A stretch of DNA of 64,000 bases from an uncultured Clostridia bacterium (lineage in GTDB: Bacteria; Bacillota; Clostridia; UMGS1883), in NCBI GenBank assembly GCA_947629005.1, contig CANRCD010000002.1, positions 240,488-304,487 on the forward strand. The letters run 5' to 3'. The notes under the pieces were generated by a model. The model saw only the letters and a list, made by a program, of their open reading frames with translations. It had not been told where the DNA came from and did no database searches. Shown one piece after another: positions 36,902-46,540 of this stretch. Made by a program: the position numbers and the translations under genes. Positions within the stretch are counted from its first letter, which is position 1, and each line of letters opens with the position of its first letter.

Positions 36902-37774
36902 ATGGAAAAACGCTACGAGCTTAACAAAAATCTTGCCCAGATGCTTAAGGGCGGCGTGATCATGGACGTAACCACTCCCGAGCAGGCGCGCATAGCCGAG
37001 GAGGCCGGCGCTTGCGCCGTTATGGCGCTTGAGCGTATCCCCGCCGATATCCGTGCCGCGGGCGGCGTTTCCCGCATGAGCGACCCCGCCATGATAAAGG
37101 GCATACAGGCCGCTGTGTCCATTCCGGTAATGGCAAAGTGCCGCATAGGCCACTTTGTGGAGGCGCAGCTGCTGGAGGCCATTGAAATTGACTATATCGA
37201 CGAGTCGGAAGTGCTTTCTCCTGCCGACGACAAGTATCACATCGACAAAACCAAGTTCAGCGTGCCCTTTGTGTGCGGCGCGAAGGATCTTGGAGAGGCG
37301 CTGCGCCGCATAAACGAGGGCGCCGCCATGATAAGAACGAAGGGCGAGCCCGGCACGGGCGACGTGGTTCAGGCCGTCCGCCACATGAGAATGATGCAGA
37401 GCGAGATACGCCGCCTCGTATCCATGCGCGAGGACGAGCTTTTTGACGCCGCCAAGCTGCTTCAGGTGCCCTACGAGCTGGCGCTTTACGTTCATGAAAA
37501 CGGCAAGCTGCCCGTTGTAAATTTTGCGGCTGGCGGCGTGGCGACTCCCGCAGACGCGGCCCTTATGATGCAGCTTGGCGCTGAGGGCGTGTTCGTTGGC
37601 AGCGGTATCTTTAAGAGCGGCAATCCCGCAAAGCGCGCCGCCGCCATCGTCAAGGCCGTTACCAACTATACCGACGCCAAGCTCATCGCCGAGCTGAGCG
37701 AAAATCTGGGCGAGGCAATGGTCGGCATAAACGAGCAGGAGATTGAGCTGCTTATGGCCGAAAGGGGCAAATAA
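36902..37774 (+). CDS. pdxS: Pyridoxal 5'-phosphate synthase lyase subunit
   Basis: It shows [41 protein letters not shown]. The ORF-track start at 36839 overlaps the promoter. Confidence 0.95.
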   Translation: MEKRYELNKNLAQMLKGGVIMDVTTPEQARIAEEAGACAVMALERIPADIRAAGGVSRMSDPAMIKGIQAAVSIPVMAKCRIGHFVEAQLLEAIEIDYIDESEVLSPADDKYHIDKTKFSVPFVCGAKDLGEALRRINEGAAMIRTKGEPGTGDVVQAVRHMRMMQSEIRRLVSMREDELFDAAKLLQVPYELALYVHENGKLPVVNFAAGGVATPADAALMMQLGAEGVFVGSGIFKSGNPAKRAAAIVKAVTNYTDAKLIAELSENLGEAMVGINEQEIELLMAERGK

Positions 37775-37776
37775 AA

Positions 37777-38343
37777 ATGACTATCGCTGTTCTGGCGGTT
37801 CAGGGCGATTTTGCCGAGCATGAGGACGCTTTGCGCTCTTTGGGCGCGGACTGCTTTGAAATACGCCAACAGGCAGACCTTAGCCGCCATTTCGACGGCC
37901 TTATCCTCCCCGGAGGGGAGAGCACTGTTCAGGGCAAGCTGCTGCGAGAGCTGGGCCTGTTCGAGCCGCTCAGGCAAAAAATCGAGGCCGGACTGCCGGT
38001 GTTCGGCACCTGCGCGGGGCTTATCCTCCTTGCCGACAAGCTCTCGAATGATGAAAACGTCTACTTTGCGGCTCTGCCCGCAACCGTGCGGCGCAACGCC
38101 TATGGACGTCAGCTCGGCAGCTTTTATGCTGAGGAGGAGTTTTCTGGGCTCGGGAAAATACCCATGACCTTTATCCGCGCGCCCTTTATTGAGAGCGTGC
38201 ACGACGGGGCCGAGGTACTGGCCGAGGTCGGCGGCAATATCGTGGCCGCCCGCAAGGGAAACGTGCTCGGTATCGCCTTCCACCCCGAGGTGGACAAGAA
38301 CCTTGCCGTTCATAAATATTTCCTTGACATGATAAAGCGGTAA
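37777..38343 (+). CDS. pdxT: Pyridoxal 5'-phosphate synthase glutaminase subunit
   Basis: It shows IAVLAVQGDFAEH, GLILPGGEST, FGTCAGLILL and FHPE. Confidence 0.95.
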   Translation: MTIAVLAVQGDFAEHEDALRSLGADCFEIRQQADLSRHFDGLILPGGESTVQGKLLRELGLFEPLRQKIEAGLPVFGTCAGLILLADKLSNDENVYFAALPATVRRNAYGRQLGSFYAEEEFSGLGKIPMTFIRAPFIESVHDGAEVLAEVGGNIVAARKGNVLGIAFHPEVDKNLAVHKYFLDMIKR

Positions 38344-38344
38344 A

Positions 38345-38375
38345 TAAAAAAAAGCCCCCAAAGGGGGCTTTTTTC
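38345..38375. terminator. Bidirectional terminator A-run AGCCCCC-AAA-GGGGGCT T-run
   Basis: It lies between the convergent pdxT and mutS2 genes. Confidence 0.8.
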
Positions 38376-38425
38376 AAACCGATAAAGGGTTCGGAGCGCA
38401 GCCGGTGCGCTCCGGCCGACATACG

Positions 38426-40798
38426 TCACTTTATTTCCACAATGGTCACGCCGTTTTCGCCCTCCCCGTACTTACCGAGGCGGAAGCTTTTTGCGTGGGG
38501 GTGGTGGCGCAGCATATCGTGTATTGCGGAGCGCAGCGCGCCGGTGCCCTTGCCGTGAATTATGCTGACGCTCTCAAGCCGCGCTATTGCGGCTTCGTCA
38601 AGGTATTTGTCCGCCGCCATGACAGCCTCGTCCGCAAGCATACCGCGCAGGTCTATCTCCCTTTTGACTACCTCCGTGTTAAACCCACCTCCGCCGGTGT
38701 GGATATCGGCGGTTTTTTTTGCCTTTTTATCTGGCTCGCGCAGAGCCGTGACGTTGGCCGTCACCTGAAGTATGCCCATCTGGAGCCGTACGTTTCCGTT
38801 TTTGTCGGGCAGGGTAAGGAGGGTGCCGGTCTGATTCATAGTGGCGACTTCGACCTCCATGCCGGGGCGGAGCTTTTTCGCGTCAATCCGGCGGCCCTTG
38901 GCGCTGAATACGTCCTCGCTCAGGGCCTCCTCTATCTTGCCCATTCCCTGACGAAGCTTCTGCCGTCCCTCCTCCACGGCGCGGCGGTCGCTCTCCTCGG
39001 CGCGTTTTAGGAGCTGCTGCATTTCGCGCACTATGTGGTCGGTCTCGCGCTTGGCCTGCTCGTAAAGCCGCTTCGCGTCGCGGCGGGCGTCGGCGAGTAT
39101 CTTTTCCTTCTGCTTTTCGGCGCTCTCCCGCTGGCGCAGTGCGCTTTCGCGGGCGGCTGCGGACTCGGCGCGGGCCGCGCCGGCCTCTTCAAGCTCGCGT
39201 TCGGCCTTCATGCGGCGCTCCTCCAATGAGGAAATCACGTCCTCAAAGCGCACGTCGTCCTTAGCCATCAGCTCGCCGGCACGTTTTATCACTGCCTCGT
39301 CAAGGCCCAGCCGCCGCGATATGGCGAAGGCGTTGCTGCGCCCGGGTACGCCGATTAGCAGCTTATAGGTGGGACGCAGACTCTCCACATCAAACTCACA
39401 GGCCGCGTTTTCCACCCTGTCTGCGGAGAGAGCGTAGAGCTTGAGCTCGCTGTAATGAGTGGTGGCGGCGGTTTTCGCCCCGAGCAGCTTTACCCGCTCG
39501 AGTATGGCAATCGCCAGCGCCGCTCCCTCCACGGGATCGGTGCCTGCGCCAAGCTCGTCAAAGAGCACAAGCGACTTGTAGTCGGCCTTTTTCAGAATGT
39601 CGATAATATTTACAATATGCGAACTGAACGTGCTCAGCGACTGCTCGATTGACTGCTCGTCGCCGATGTCGGCGAATACGTTATCAAAAACGGCGACGTC
39701 GCTGTCCTCGGCTGCGGGTATGTGCAGGCCGCACTGGGCCATCAGCGTCAGCAGCCCCAGCGTTTTCAGCGAAACCGTCTTGCCGCCGGTATTCGGGCCC
39801 GTCACCACGAGAGTGTCAAAGTCCCTACCGAGGTAAATGTCGGTGGGAACCACGGCGTCCTTGTCGATGAGCGGGTGGCGGCCTTTTTTTATATTGATTA
39901 TGCCGTCGGCGTTCAGTCTTGGGGCCGCACCGTTCATCGAGCGGGAAAGCCTCCCCTTAGCGAAGATGAAATCCAGCTCGGCACAAACGTCGCAGTCGCG
40001 GATAATGAGATCGGCGCTTTCGCCCACACGGGCCGAAAACTCCATAAGTATACGCTCAATCTCCTCCTGTTCCTCACCGGCAAGGGCGCGGAGCTGGTTA
40101 TTAATTTCCACGGCCGCCATGGGCTCGATGAAAAACGTGGCTCCGCTGGCCGAACTGTCATGTACGATGCCGGGCACCTCTCCCTTATGCTCGCTTTTCA
40201 CGGGAATGACAAAGCGGTCGCCGCGCATGGTGACAATGGCGTCCTGCAAAATGGCGCTGTAGCGCGGGGACTTTATCATATCGCCGAGGACGTCGCGCAC
40301 CTTATTGTTCAGCGAGGCAATGCGCTTCCTTATCCTCGCGAGCTCGGGCGAGGCCTCGTCGGCCATTTCCTCCTCGCTGAGTATGGAGCCGAAAATTGAC
40401 TGCTCCAACCGCTTGTCCTCGCCGAGGCCCGCCGCCGCGGCGCTTATTCGCGGGAATTCGGCTTCCATGCTCTCCTCGCTTAAATAGCCGCCCAGCGCCC
40501 GCGCTATCCGCAGCGTGTGCGCCGTCAGCAGCAGGTCGCCCATCGACAAAATTCCTCCGGCGGAGGCGCGCATGGCGGCGCCTTTGGCGCTCCCGATGGG
40601 GCTGATGGGCGGAGAGCCTTTTTTCAGTATTAGCCGCTCGGCCTCGGTCGTTTCGGCAAGCAGACCCTCGGCTTCATATATGTCGGTCACAGGACGCAGG
40701 GCGAGGCAGCGTTCCTTTGTTGCGGAGCAGATGGCCTGATCGGCCAGTCTCGCGAGAATTTTATCCAGCTCCAGCGCCCGAAGGGTTTTTTCTTCCAT
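38426..40798 (-). CDS. mutS2: Endonuclease MutS2 (MutS ATPase + C-terminal Smr domain)
   Basis: It shows Walker A GPNTGGKT, DELGAGTDP and the Smr tail IIHGKGTGALR. It is 790 aa. Confidence 0.93.
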   Translation of the reverse strand: MEEKTLRALELDKILARLADQAICSATKERCLALRPVTDIYEAEGLLAETTEAERLILKKGSPPISPIGSAKGAAMRASAGGILSMGDLLLTAHTLRIARALGGYLSEESMEAEFPRISAAAAGLGEDKRLEQSIFGSILSEEEMADEASPELARIRKRIASLNNKVRDVLGDMIKSPRYSAILQDAIVTMRGDRFVIPVKSEHKGEVPGIVHDSSASGATFFIEPMAAVEINNQLRALAGEEQEEIERILMEFSARVGESADLIIRDCDVCAELDFIFAKGRLSRSMNGAAPRLNADGIINIKKGRHPLIDKDAVVPTDIYLGRDFDTLVVTGPNTGGKTVSLKTLGLLTLMAQCGLHIPAAEDSDVAVFDNVFADIGDEQSIEQSLSTFSSHIVNIIDILKKADYKSLVLFDELGAGTDPVEGAALAIAILERVKLLGAKTAATTHYSELKLYALSADRVENAACEFDVESLRPTYKLLIGVPGRSNAFAISRRLGLDEAVIKRAGELMAKDDVRFEDVISSLEERRMKAERELEEAGAARAESAAARESALRQRESAEKQKEKILADARRDAKRLYEQAKRETDHIVREMQQLLKRAEESDRRAVEEGRQKLRQGMGKIEEALSEDVFSAKGRRIDAKKLRPGMEVEVATMNQTGTLLTLPDKNGNVRLQMGILQVTANVTALREPDKKAKKTADIHTGGGGFNTEVVKREIDLRGMLADEAVMAADKYLDEAAIARLESVSIIHGKGTGALRSAIHDMLRHHPHAKSFRLGKYGEGENGVTIVEIK

Positions 40799-40812
40799 TA
40801 TTTCACATCCTA

Positions 40813-42021
40813 TTATTCGATCAGCAGCGCATGGCGGCGCACGTTGTATATGGCCTCCAGCGTCGCGGCGTCAATCCAGTATTTATATTCTTTGCTCGTG
40901 TCCGCGTCGTTATACGGGTCGGATACGTGGTACATACCGGCGTCGCGGTCGTAGCCGTCAAGCAGCACCACGTGGTTGTTGCGCAGCAACGTCTGCCATT
41001 CGCCCTCGATGAGGTACTCCCTGTACCTCGGCTCGGCCCAGCGCAGCGTGGCGTAAATGACCACCGGATTCCCGCTCAGAAGTTCGGCCCGTATTTCGCG
41101 CGGGTCCGCGCCCGAGATGTCCGTCACCTTTCCGTAGCGCGAGGCATAGGCAGCGAGCGGCGCGGGATATATCGTAGTGCGAAGGTCATACTGCCCCGCG
41201 AGGTAAGGCGAGCCCACGTAGCCCTTGGCGGGATTCGAAGGGTGCTTGGGCATTTCGTCAAGGAAAGCTCTGAGGCCGATATCCTGAGCGTAGCCCTTGG
41301 CCTTAAGCCCCATCAGCAGCGACGCGCCCTCGCAGCCAACCACAGCGTAAACCGGACTAAGCTGGCTGACGTAGGGGGTGTCGAGCACGGCGCGGCGGGG
41401 CAGGTTGTCGGCGGCGTAGATGAGCGGAAAGCCGGAAATCGCGTAAAGCGCGTTGCAGACCTCGGCCCTCGTTATGCCGTCGAGGGGGTGAAAGCAGCCG
41501 TCGGCCGCGCCGAACATAATGTTTTTCGCGCGCAGATATCCTGCCGAGCGGTTTTCCTCGGTGACGTCGGGAAAGTAGTAGGTGGAGTTGTCAAAGGAGG
41601 GGAGAGTTTTTACATAGTTATAGAGCATATCGGCAAAGTCGCCGCGCGTCATTATCTCTTCGGGGCGGAAATACCCTCCCCGCGGAATGAGCCCCAGCGC
41701 CGCCGCGAGACCAATGTTCTCAGCCGACCAGCGAGTAGTCCAAATATCTATGTACTCGTCGGCGTAGGCCGTGTATCCCCAGCCGGTATCCGGCATGAGC
41801 TGACGCATGAGCGAGGCGGTGAAGAACACCGCTTCCTCGCGGGTGGCGCAGCGGTCGGGGTGGAAGCGTCCGTCGGGGCAGAGCCCTACAACGCCGTATT
41901 CGAGCAGGGTGTTGATGGTGTGTATTTCAGGGCTGAGCTGAACGTCGGCGGGAAGGCTGCGGGCGGCCGCGGGAGTCGTGAGTAAAAGCGCTGTAAACAG
42001 TATCGCAAGGGTTTTCTTCAT
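40813..42021 (-). CDS. Secreted SLH-like repeat protein with C39-like (Peptidase_C39_2) cysteine peptidase domain
   Basis: It has the signal peptide MKKTLAILFTALLLTTPAAA, SLH-like segments (DGRFHPDRCATREEA, DGCFHPLDGITRAEV), then PYVSQ....VGCEGASLLM and HVVLLDGYD. Confidence 0.6.
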   Translation of the reverse strand: MKKTLAILFTALLLTTPAAARSLPADVQLSPEIHTINTLLEYGVVGLCPDGRFHPDRCATREEAVFFTASLMRQLMPDTGWGYTAYADEYIDIWTTRWSAENIGLAAALGLIPRGGYFRPEEIMTRGDFADMLYNYVKTLPSFDNSTYYFPDVTEENRSAGYLRAKNIMFGAADGCFHPLDGITRAEVCNALYAISGFPLIYAADNLPRRAVLDTPYVSQLSPVYAVVGCEGASLLMGLKAKGYAQDIGLRAFLDEMPKHPSNPAKGYVGSPYLAGQYDLRTTIYPAPLAAYASRYGKVTDISGADPREIRAELLSGNPVVIYATLRWAEPRYREYLIEGEWQTLLRNNHVVLLDGYDRDAGMYHVSDPYNDADTSKEYKYWIDAATLEAIYNVRRHALLIE

Positions 42022-42044
42022 AAGTTGGGTCTGTCCTTTGTGCG

Positions 42045-42671
42045 TCAGATTTTTTTCATGCAGATTTCGGCTGCGGGGCAGACCTCGCAGCGGGGGTGGC
42101 GCGCACTGCACACGGCCCTGCCGTGCAGCACCAGACGGTGGCAGAAGTCCGACTGCTTATCCTTGGGGATAAGCGGTTCCACGTCAAATTCCACCTTCGT
42201 AGGGTCGGTCTCCTTCGTGAGGCCCGCCCGCTTGAGAAGCCGCTTAGCGTGCGTGTCGATGACCATTCCGCCCTTGTGGAACACATCGCCGAGGATTAAG
42301 TTGGCCGTTTTGCGGCCAACGCCGGGCAGGCTCAGAAGGTCGTCCATATTGTCGGGCACCTCTCCGCCATAGGCCTCGATGAGCCTTTGACAGCAGCCGA
42401 TGATGTTTTTCGCTTTGTTGCGGTAAAAGCCGGTGGGCTTTATATCCTGCTCAAGCTCCTCAAGATCGGCGTTCGCAAAGGCGTAGACGTCGGGATATTT
42501 GGGGAACAGCGTTTTTGTTACTATATTAACGCGCGCGTCGGTACACTGGGCCGCAAGCTGCACCGATATCAGCAGCTGAAGCGGGTCCACGGCCTCCAGA
42601 GAACATTCGGCGTCGGGGTAGGTCTCTTCAAGTATCCGCATATATTTAAGGGCGCGGTCCTTTCTTGTCAT
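42045..42671 (-). CDS. nth: Endonuclease III
   Basis: It has an HhH-GPD domain (LPGVGRKTANLILG) and the C-terminal 4Fe-4S cluster C-x6-C-x2-C-x5-C. Confidence 0.93.
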   Translation of the reverse strand: MTRKDRALKYMRILEETYPDAECSLEAVDPLQLLISVQLAAQCTDARVNIVTKTLFPKYPDVYAFANADLEELEQDIKPTGFYRNKAKNIIGCCQRLIEAYGGEVPDNMDDLLSLPGVGRKTANLILGDVFHKGGMVIDTHAKRLLKRAGLTKETDPTKVEFDVEPLIPKDKQSDFCHRLVLHGRAVCSARHPRCEVCPAAEICMKKI

Positions 42672-42740
42672 GATGTTATCTCCTTTTTCTGCCTTTTCTT
42701 ACATTTTACCAAAAGCCGCGCAAAAAATCAAGACTTTTCC

Positions 42741-42769
42741 TTGACAAAACAGTAATTAAATTATATAAT
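42741..42769 (+). promoter_or_regulatory. Promoter TTGACA-N17-TATAAT for alaS
   Basis: Read directly. The leader is about 30 nt, so there is no room for a T-box. Confidence 0.65.
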
Positions 42770-42804
42770 TATTATAATTGTATTTGACATAGGAGTTGAC
42801 ATAT

Positions 42805-45444
42805 ATGGAAAAAATGGGACTTAACGAAATTCGCGAAAAATTCCTCAGCTTTTTTGAAAGCAAGGGCTGTCTGCGCCTTGGCAGCTTTTCGCTGGTGCCC
42901 AAGAACGACGCCAGCCTGCTGCTCATCAATTCGGGAATGGCCCCGATGAAGGCGTGGTTCACCGGCGCCGAGATTCCGCCAAGGAAGCGCGTCACCACCT
43001 GCCAGAAGTGCATCCGCACCCCCGACATCGAGCGTGTGGGCCACACCGCCCGCCACGGCACCTTCTTTGAAATGCTCGGCAACTTCTCGTTCGGCGACTA
43101 CTTTAAGCATGAGGCCACGGCTTGGGCGTGGGAATTCTTCACCGAGGTGATGAAGATCCCCGCCGACAGGCTTTATGTCTCCGTTTACGAGGATGACGAC
43201 GAGGCCCGCGATATATGGATAAACGAGGTCGGCCTTCCGCCGGAGCGCGTTGTGAAGCTCGGCAAGGAGGACAACTTCTGGGAGCACGGCACCGGCCCCT
43301 GCGGCCCCTGCTCCGAAATATACTTCGACCGCGGCGAAAAGTATGGCTGCGGTAAGCCGGACTGCGCCGTCGGCTGCGACTGTGACCGCTATATGGAGGT
43401 TTGGAACCTCGTTTTCACTCAGTTTGATAAGGACGAACAGGGCAACTATAACCCTCTCGACCACCCCAATATCGACACCGGCATGGGACTCGAGCGTCTG
43501 GCCGTCGTTATGCAGGGCGTGGACAACCTTTTCGAGGTTGACACCGTTCAGGACGTTATGAGGCATATATGCTCCGTAGCCGGAGTTGAGTACAAAAAGG
43601 ACGAAAAAACCGACATTTCCCTCCGCGTGATAACCGACCACATTCGTTCCACCGTAATGATGGTGAGCGACGGCGTGATTCCCTCCAACGAGGGCCGCGG
43701 CTATGTTTTGCGCCGCCTGCTGCGCCGCGCCGCGCGCCACGGCAAGCTGCTCGGCATTGACCGCAAGTTCCTTTTCGAGGTGGCCGACACCGTTATCGAC
43801 GCCTCAAAGCAGGCCTATCCCGAGCTTGAGGAAAAGCGCGAATACATCAAGCGCATAATTGAGAAGGAGGAGGAGCGTTTCGACGCGACCATCGAGGGCG
43901 GTCTTGTGGTGCTCGACCGGTATATTGACGACGCTCTTGCCGCCGGCCGCGCCGAGCTCAGCGGGGCTGAGGCCTTCAAGCTGCACGACACCTACGGCTT
44001 CCCGCTCGATTTGACGATTGAAATGGCTCAGGAAAAGGGCCTCGGCGTGGACGTTGAAAGCTTCAACCTTGCAATGGACGAACAGAAGGCCGCCGCCAAG
44101 GCCGCCCGTAAGGACAGTTCCAGCTGGGATGCCGACGACGTTTTTGAGTTCGAGGACGCTTCCGCCACCGAGTTTGTGGGCTACGGCGGCCTTGAGACTC
44201 AATCAAAAATAGTGGGTATAGTTTCCGAGGGCGAGGTCAGCGCCGAGATAGGCGAGGGAGAAAAGGGCGTAATTGTCGCTGAAAAAACCCCCTTCTACGC
44301 CGAAATGGGCGGACAAGTCGGCGATATAGGCATAATATTTAACGACGAGGCCGCCGCCGAGGTCGTAAACACCACAAAGACCGGCGACGGGCTGTATCTG
44401 CACGAGGTCGCCGTCAAGCGCGGGTCGTTCAGCCTTGGCGATGACGTGACGCTTCAGGTGGATGCAAAAAACAGGGCGGCAATATGCCGCAATCATACCG
44501 CCACTCACCTTCTCGATAAAGCCTTAAGAGACGTTCTGGGCGCTCACGTGGCTCAGGCCGGCTCTCTTGTTACCGCCGACAGGCTCCGTTTTGACTTCTC
44601 TCACTTTGAGGCTATGACGGCGGAGCAGCTAAAGACCGTTGAACAAATAGTAAATGAAAAAATTCTCGACGCCATTGACGTGGACGTTAAGGAGCTTCCG
44701 ATAGACGAGGCCAAAAAGCTTGGAGCCATCGCCCTGTTTGGCGAAAAGTACGGCGATATCGTAAGGGTGGTATCCGTCGGGGATTACAGCGTTGAGTTCT
44801 GCGGCGGCACCCACCTTAAAAACACCGCGCAGGCGGGCCTGTTCAAGATACTTTCCGAGGGCGGCGTGGCCGCCGGAGTAAGGCGAATCGAGGCTATCAC
44901 GGGCGAGGGCGTGCTAAAGTATATTGAGGACAGCGACGCGCTCATCGCGAATACCGCTGCGGCGCTCAAGACCAATCAGACGCGCGAGATTGACCGCCGC
45001 GCCGAAAGCGTTATGGCGCAGAGCCGTGAAATGGAGCGCCAGATAGAGTCCTTTAAGGAGAAGATGGCCGCCGCAAAGGTAAACAACATTATGGCCGGCG
45101 TGAAGCATGTGGGCGATATCAGCCTGCTTACCGCTCAGCTTGACGGTATGAGCGTGGACGAGATTAAGTCCATGGCCGACAAGATAAAGGCCGAAGTGCC
45201 CATGAGCGTGGCCGTGCTGGCCGCAAATACGGGCGGCAAGATAACCTTCGTGGCTATGGCCTCAAAAGAAGCCGTGGCTAAGGGCGTTCACTGCGGCGCG
45301 ATAATTAAGGATATAACCGCCGTCGCAGGCGGCAGGGGCGGCGGAAAGCCCGATATGGCTCAGGGAGGCGGCACCGACGCGAGCAAGGTGGACGACGCTC
45401 TCGCAAGGGTGGACGATATTGTCGCCGCTCAGATAGGAGCGTAA
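42805..45444 (+). CDS. alaS: Alanine--tRNA ligase
   Basis: It shows IREKFLSFFESKG, FEMLGNFSFGDYFK, the editing-domain HTATHLL and a C-terminal DHHA1 domain. An RBS AGGAG is present. Confidence 0.95.
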   Translation: MEKMGLNEIREKFLSFFESKGCLRLGSFSLVPKNDASLLLINSGMAPMKAWFTGAEIPPRKRVTTCQKCIRTPDIERVGHTARHGTFFEMLGNFSFGDYFKHEATAWAWEFFTEVMKIPADRLYVSVYEDDDEARDIWINEVGLPPERVVKLGKEDNFWEHGTGPCGPCSEIYFDRGEKYGCGKPDCAVGCDCDRYMEVWNLVFTQFDKDEQGNYNPLDHPNIDTGMGLERLAVVMQGVDNLFEVDTVQDVMRHICSVAGVEYKKDEKTDISLRVITDHIRSTVMMVSDGVIPSNEGRGYVLRRLLRRAARHGKLLGIDRKFLFEVADTVIDASKQAYPELEEKREYIKRIIEKEEERFDATIEGGLVVLDRYIDDALAAGRAELSGAEAFKLHDTYGFPLDLTIEMAQEKGLGVDVESFNLAMDEQKAAAKAARKDSSSWDADDVFEFEDASATEFVGYGGLETQSKIVGIVSEGEVSAEIGEGEKGVIVAEKTPFYAEMGGQVGDIGIIFNDEAAAEVVNTTKTGDGLYLHEVAVKRGSFSLGDDVTLQVDAKNRAAICRNHTATHLLDKALRDVLGAHVAQAGSLVTADRLRFDFSHFEAMTAEQLKTVEQIVNEKILDAIDVDVKELPIDEAKKLGAIALFGEKYGDIVRVVSVGDYSVEFCGGTHLKNTAQAGLFKILSEGGVAAGVRRIEAITGEGVLKYIEDSDALIANTAAALKTNQTREIDRRAESVMAQSREMERQIESFKEKMAAAKVNNIMAGVKHVGDISLLTAQLDGMSVDEIKSMADKIKAEVPMSVAVLAANTGGKITFVAMASKEAVAKGVHCGAIIKDITAVAGGRGGGKPDMAQGGGTDASKVDDALARVDDIVAAQIGA

Positions 45445-45449
45445 ATATA

Positions 45450-45911
45450 ATGAAAATTCTCGTTGTTGTCGATTCGCACCATCAGGGAAATACAATGAAA
45501 GTTGCCGAGGCTATGGCCGAGGCTGTTCCTATGACGGTAGTAAGAGCCGAGGAGACGCCGCAGCTTAATTTTGGCGATTATGACCTCATCGGTCTTGGAG
45601 GAGGTATATATTACGGAAAGCACGGTGCTGCCATTTCCGAGACCGCAAATACTATACACGACCGGCCGGTTTTTGTGTTTTCTACCAGTGGCACGGGAGC
45701 GGAAAAGTATAATGAGCCGCTCGTATCTGCGCTGAAAAAGAACGGCATAGATGTATTGGGCTCTTTTGCCTGTAAGGGTCTGGATAAGTTTTTTATATTC
45801 AAACTTGCGGGCGGAATTAATAAGGGACATCCTGACGAGCGGGATTTGGAAAACGGGAAAAGATTCATACTTGATATTATAGAAAAGTACAACAAAAAGG
45901 AGGAAAAATGA
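45450..45911 (+). CDS. Flavodoxin-family protein
   Basis: MKILVVVDSHHQGNTMKVAEAMAE is flavodoxin-like. It is visibly lower in GC than the flanking genes. Confidence 0.6.
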   Translation: MKILVVVDSHHQGNTMKVAEAMAEAVPMTVVRAEETPQLNFGDYDLIGLGGGIYYGKHGAAISETANTIHDRPVFVFSTSGTGAEKYNEPLVSALKKNGIDVLGSFACKGLDKFFIFKLAGGINKGHPDERDLENGKRFILDIIEKYNKKEEK

Positions 45912-46252
45912 TGGACTGCCTTTTTTGCAGGATAATCGCCGGAGAGATACCCTCGGCAAAGGTTTACGAGAACGATAAGGTCTGCGCCTTTCGCGACATC
46001 AGCCCCGAGGCGCCGGTGCATATTATTATCGTGCCAAAGGAGCATATCGCCTCGGTCAACGGCCTTACGACGGAAAACGCCTCGGTTATCAGCGACATTT
46101 TCCTCGCCGCAAAGGAGATAGCGGCTATGGAAGGAATTGCCGAGGGCGGCTACCGCATTGTCAATAACTGCGGCGAGGACGGCGGCCAGACCGTGATGCA
46201 CCTGCACTTCCATCTGCTTGGCGGCAGAAGCCTCGCTTGGCCTCCCGGCTGA
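45908..46252 (+). CDS. HIT family (HinT-like) nucleotide hydrolase
   Basis: It shows CLFCRIIAGEIP and the histidine triad HLHFHLLGG. Confidence 0.9.
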   Translation: MMDCLFCRIIAGEIPSAKVYENDKVCAFRDISPEAPVHIIIVPKEHIASVNGLTTENASVISDIFLAAKEIAAMEGIAEGGYRIVNNCGEDGGQTVMHLHFHLLGGRSLAWPPG

Positions 46253-46540
46253 CCTCGTCGGAGCAAGCTCGGTTTCGCTTGTTCTGATTTTTTGCAAAAA
46301 TCAGAACTCGGCTCACCTCGCTGCTCCTCCTTTTCCGCAAAAAGTCTCGCTCGGCTCGCCTACTCGGGCGGATAAGCCGCCCTCATGACGGTTCGCCTTC
46401 GCTAACAACTTTTTGCGAGTTCGCCGCCTTCGGCGGCGTCGTAGGCTCGGTTTCGCCTTCCCCTCGGTAGAAGCCCAATCCGTAGGGAGCGCCGACCACG
46501 GCGCTCCGTAGGTTGTCGGGTTGTAAATATCATGCGCCCG
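46253..46540. repeat. Cluster of GC-rich hairpins and short degenerate repeats (CTCGGTTTCGC-type)
   Basis: The hairpins read directly are GTTCTGATTTTT-TGC-AAAAATCAGAAC (46281-46307), GGGCGG-ATAAG-CCGCCC, CGCCGCC-TTC-GGCGGCG and GGAGCGCCG-ACCA-CGGCGCTCC flanked by direct TCCGTAGG. Confidence 0.6.

Noticed and set aside
42672-42804. Expected T-box leaders upstream of alaS, and of tyrS at 46883-46940
   Set aside because: Consensus promoters leave leaders of only about 30 and about 55 nt. No specifier loop or T-box sequence (AANNNGGGTGGTACCGCG-like) is present.
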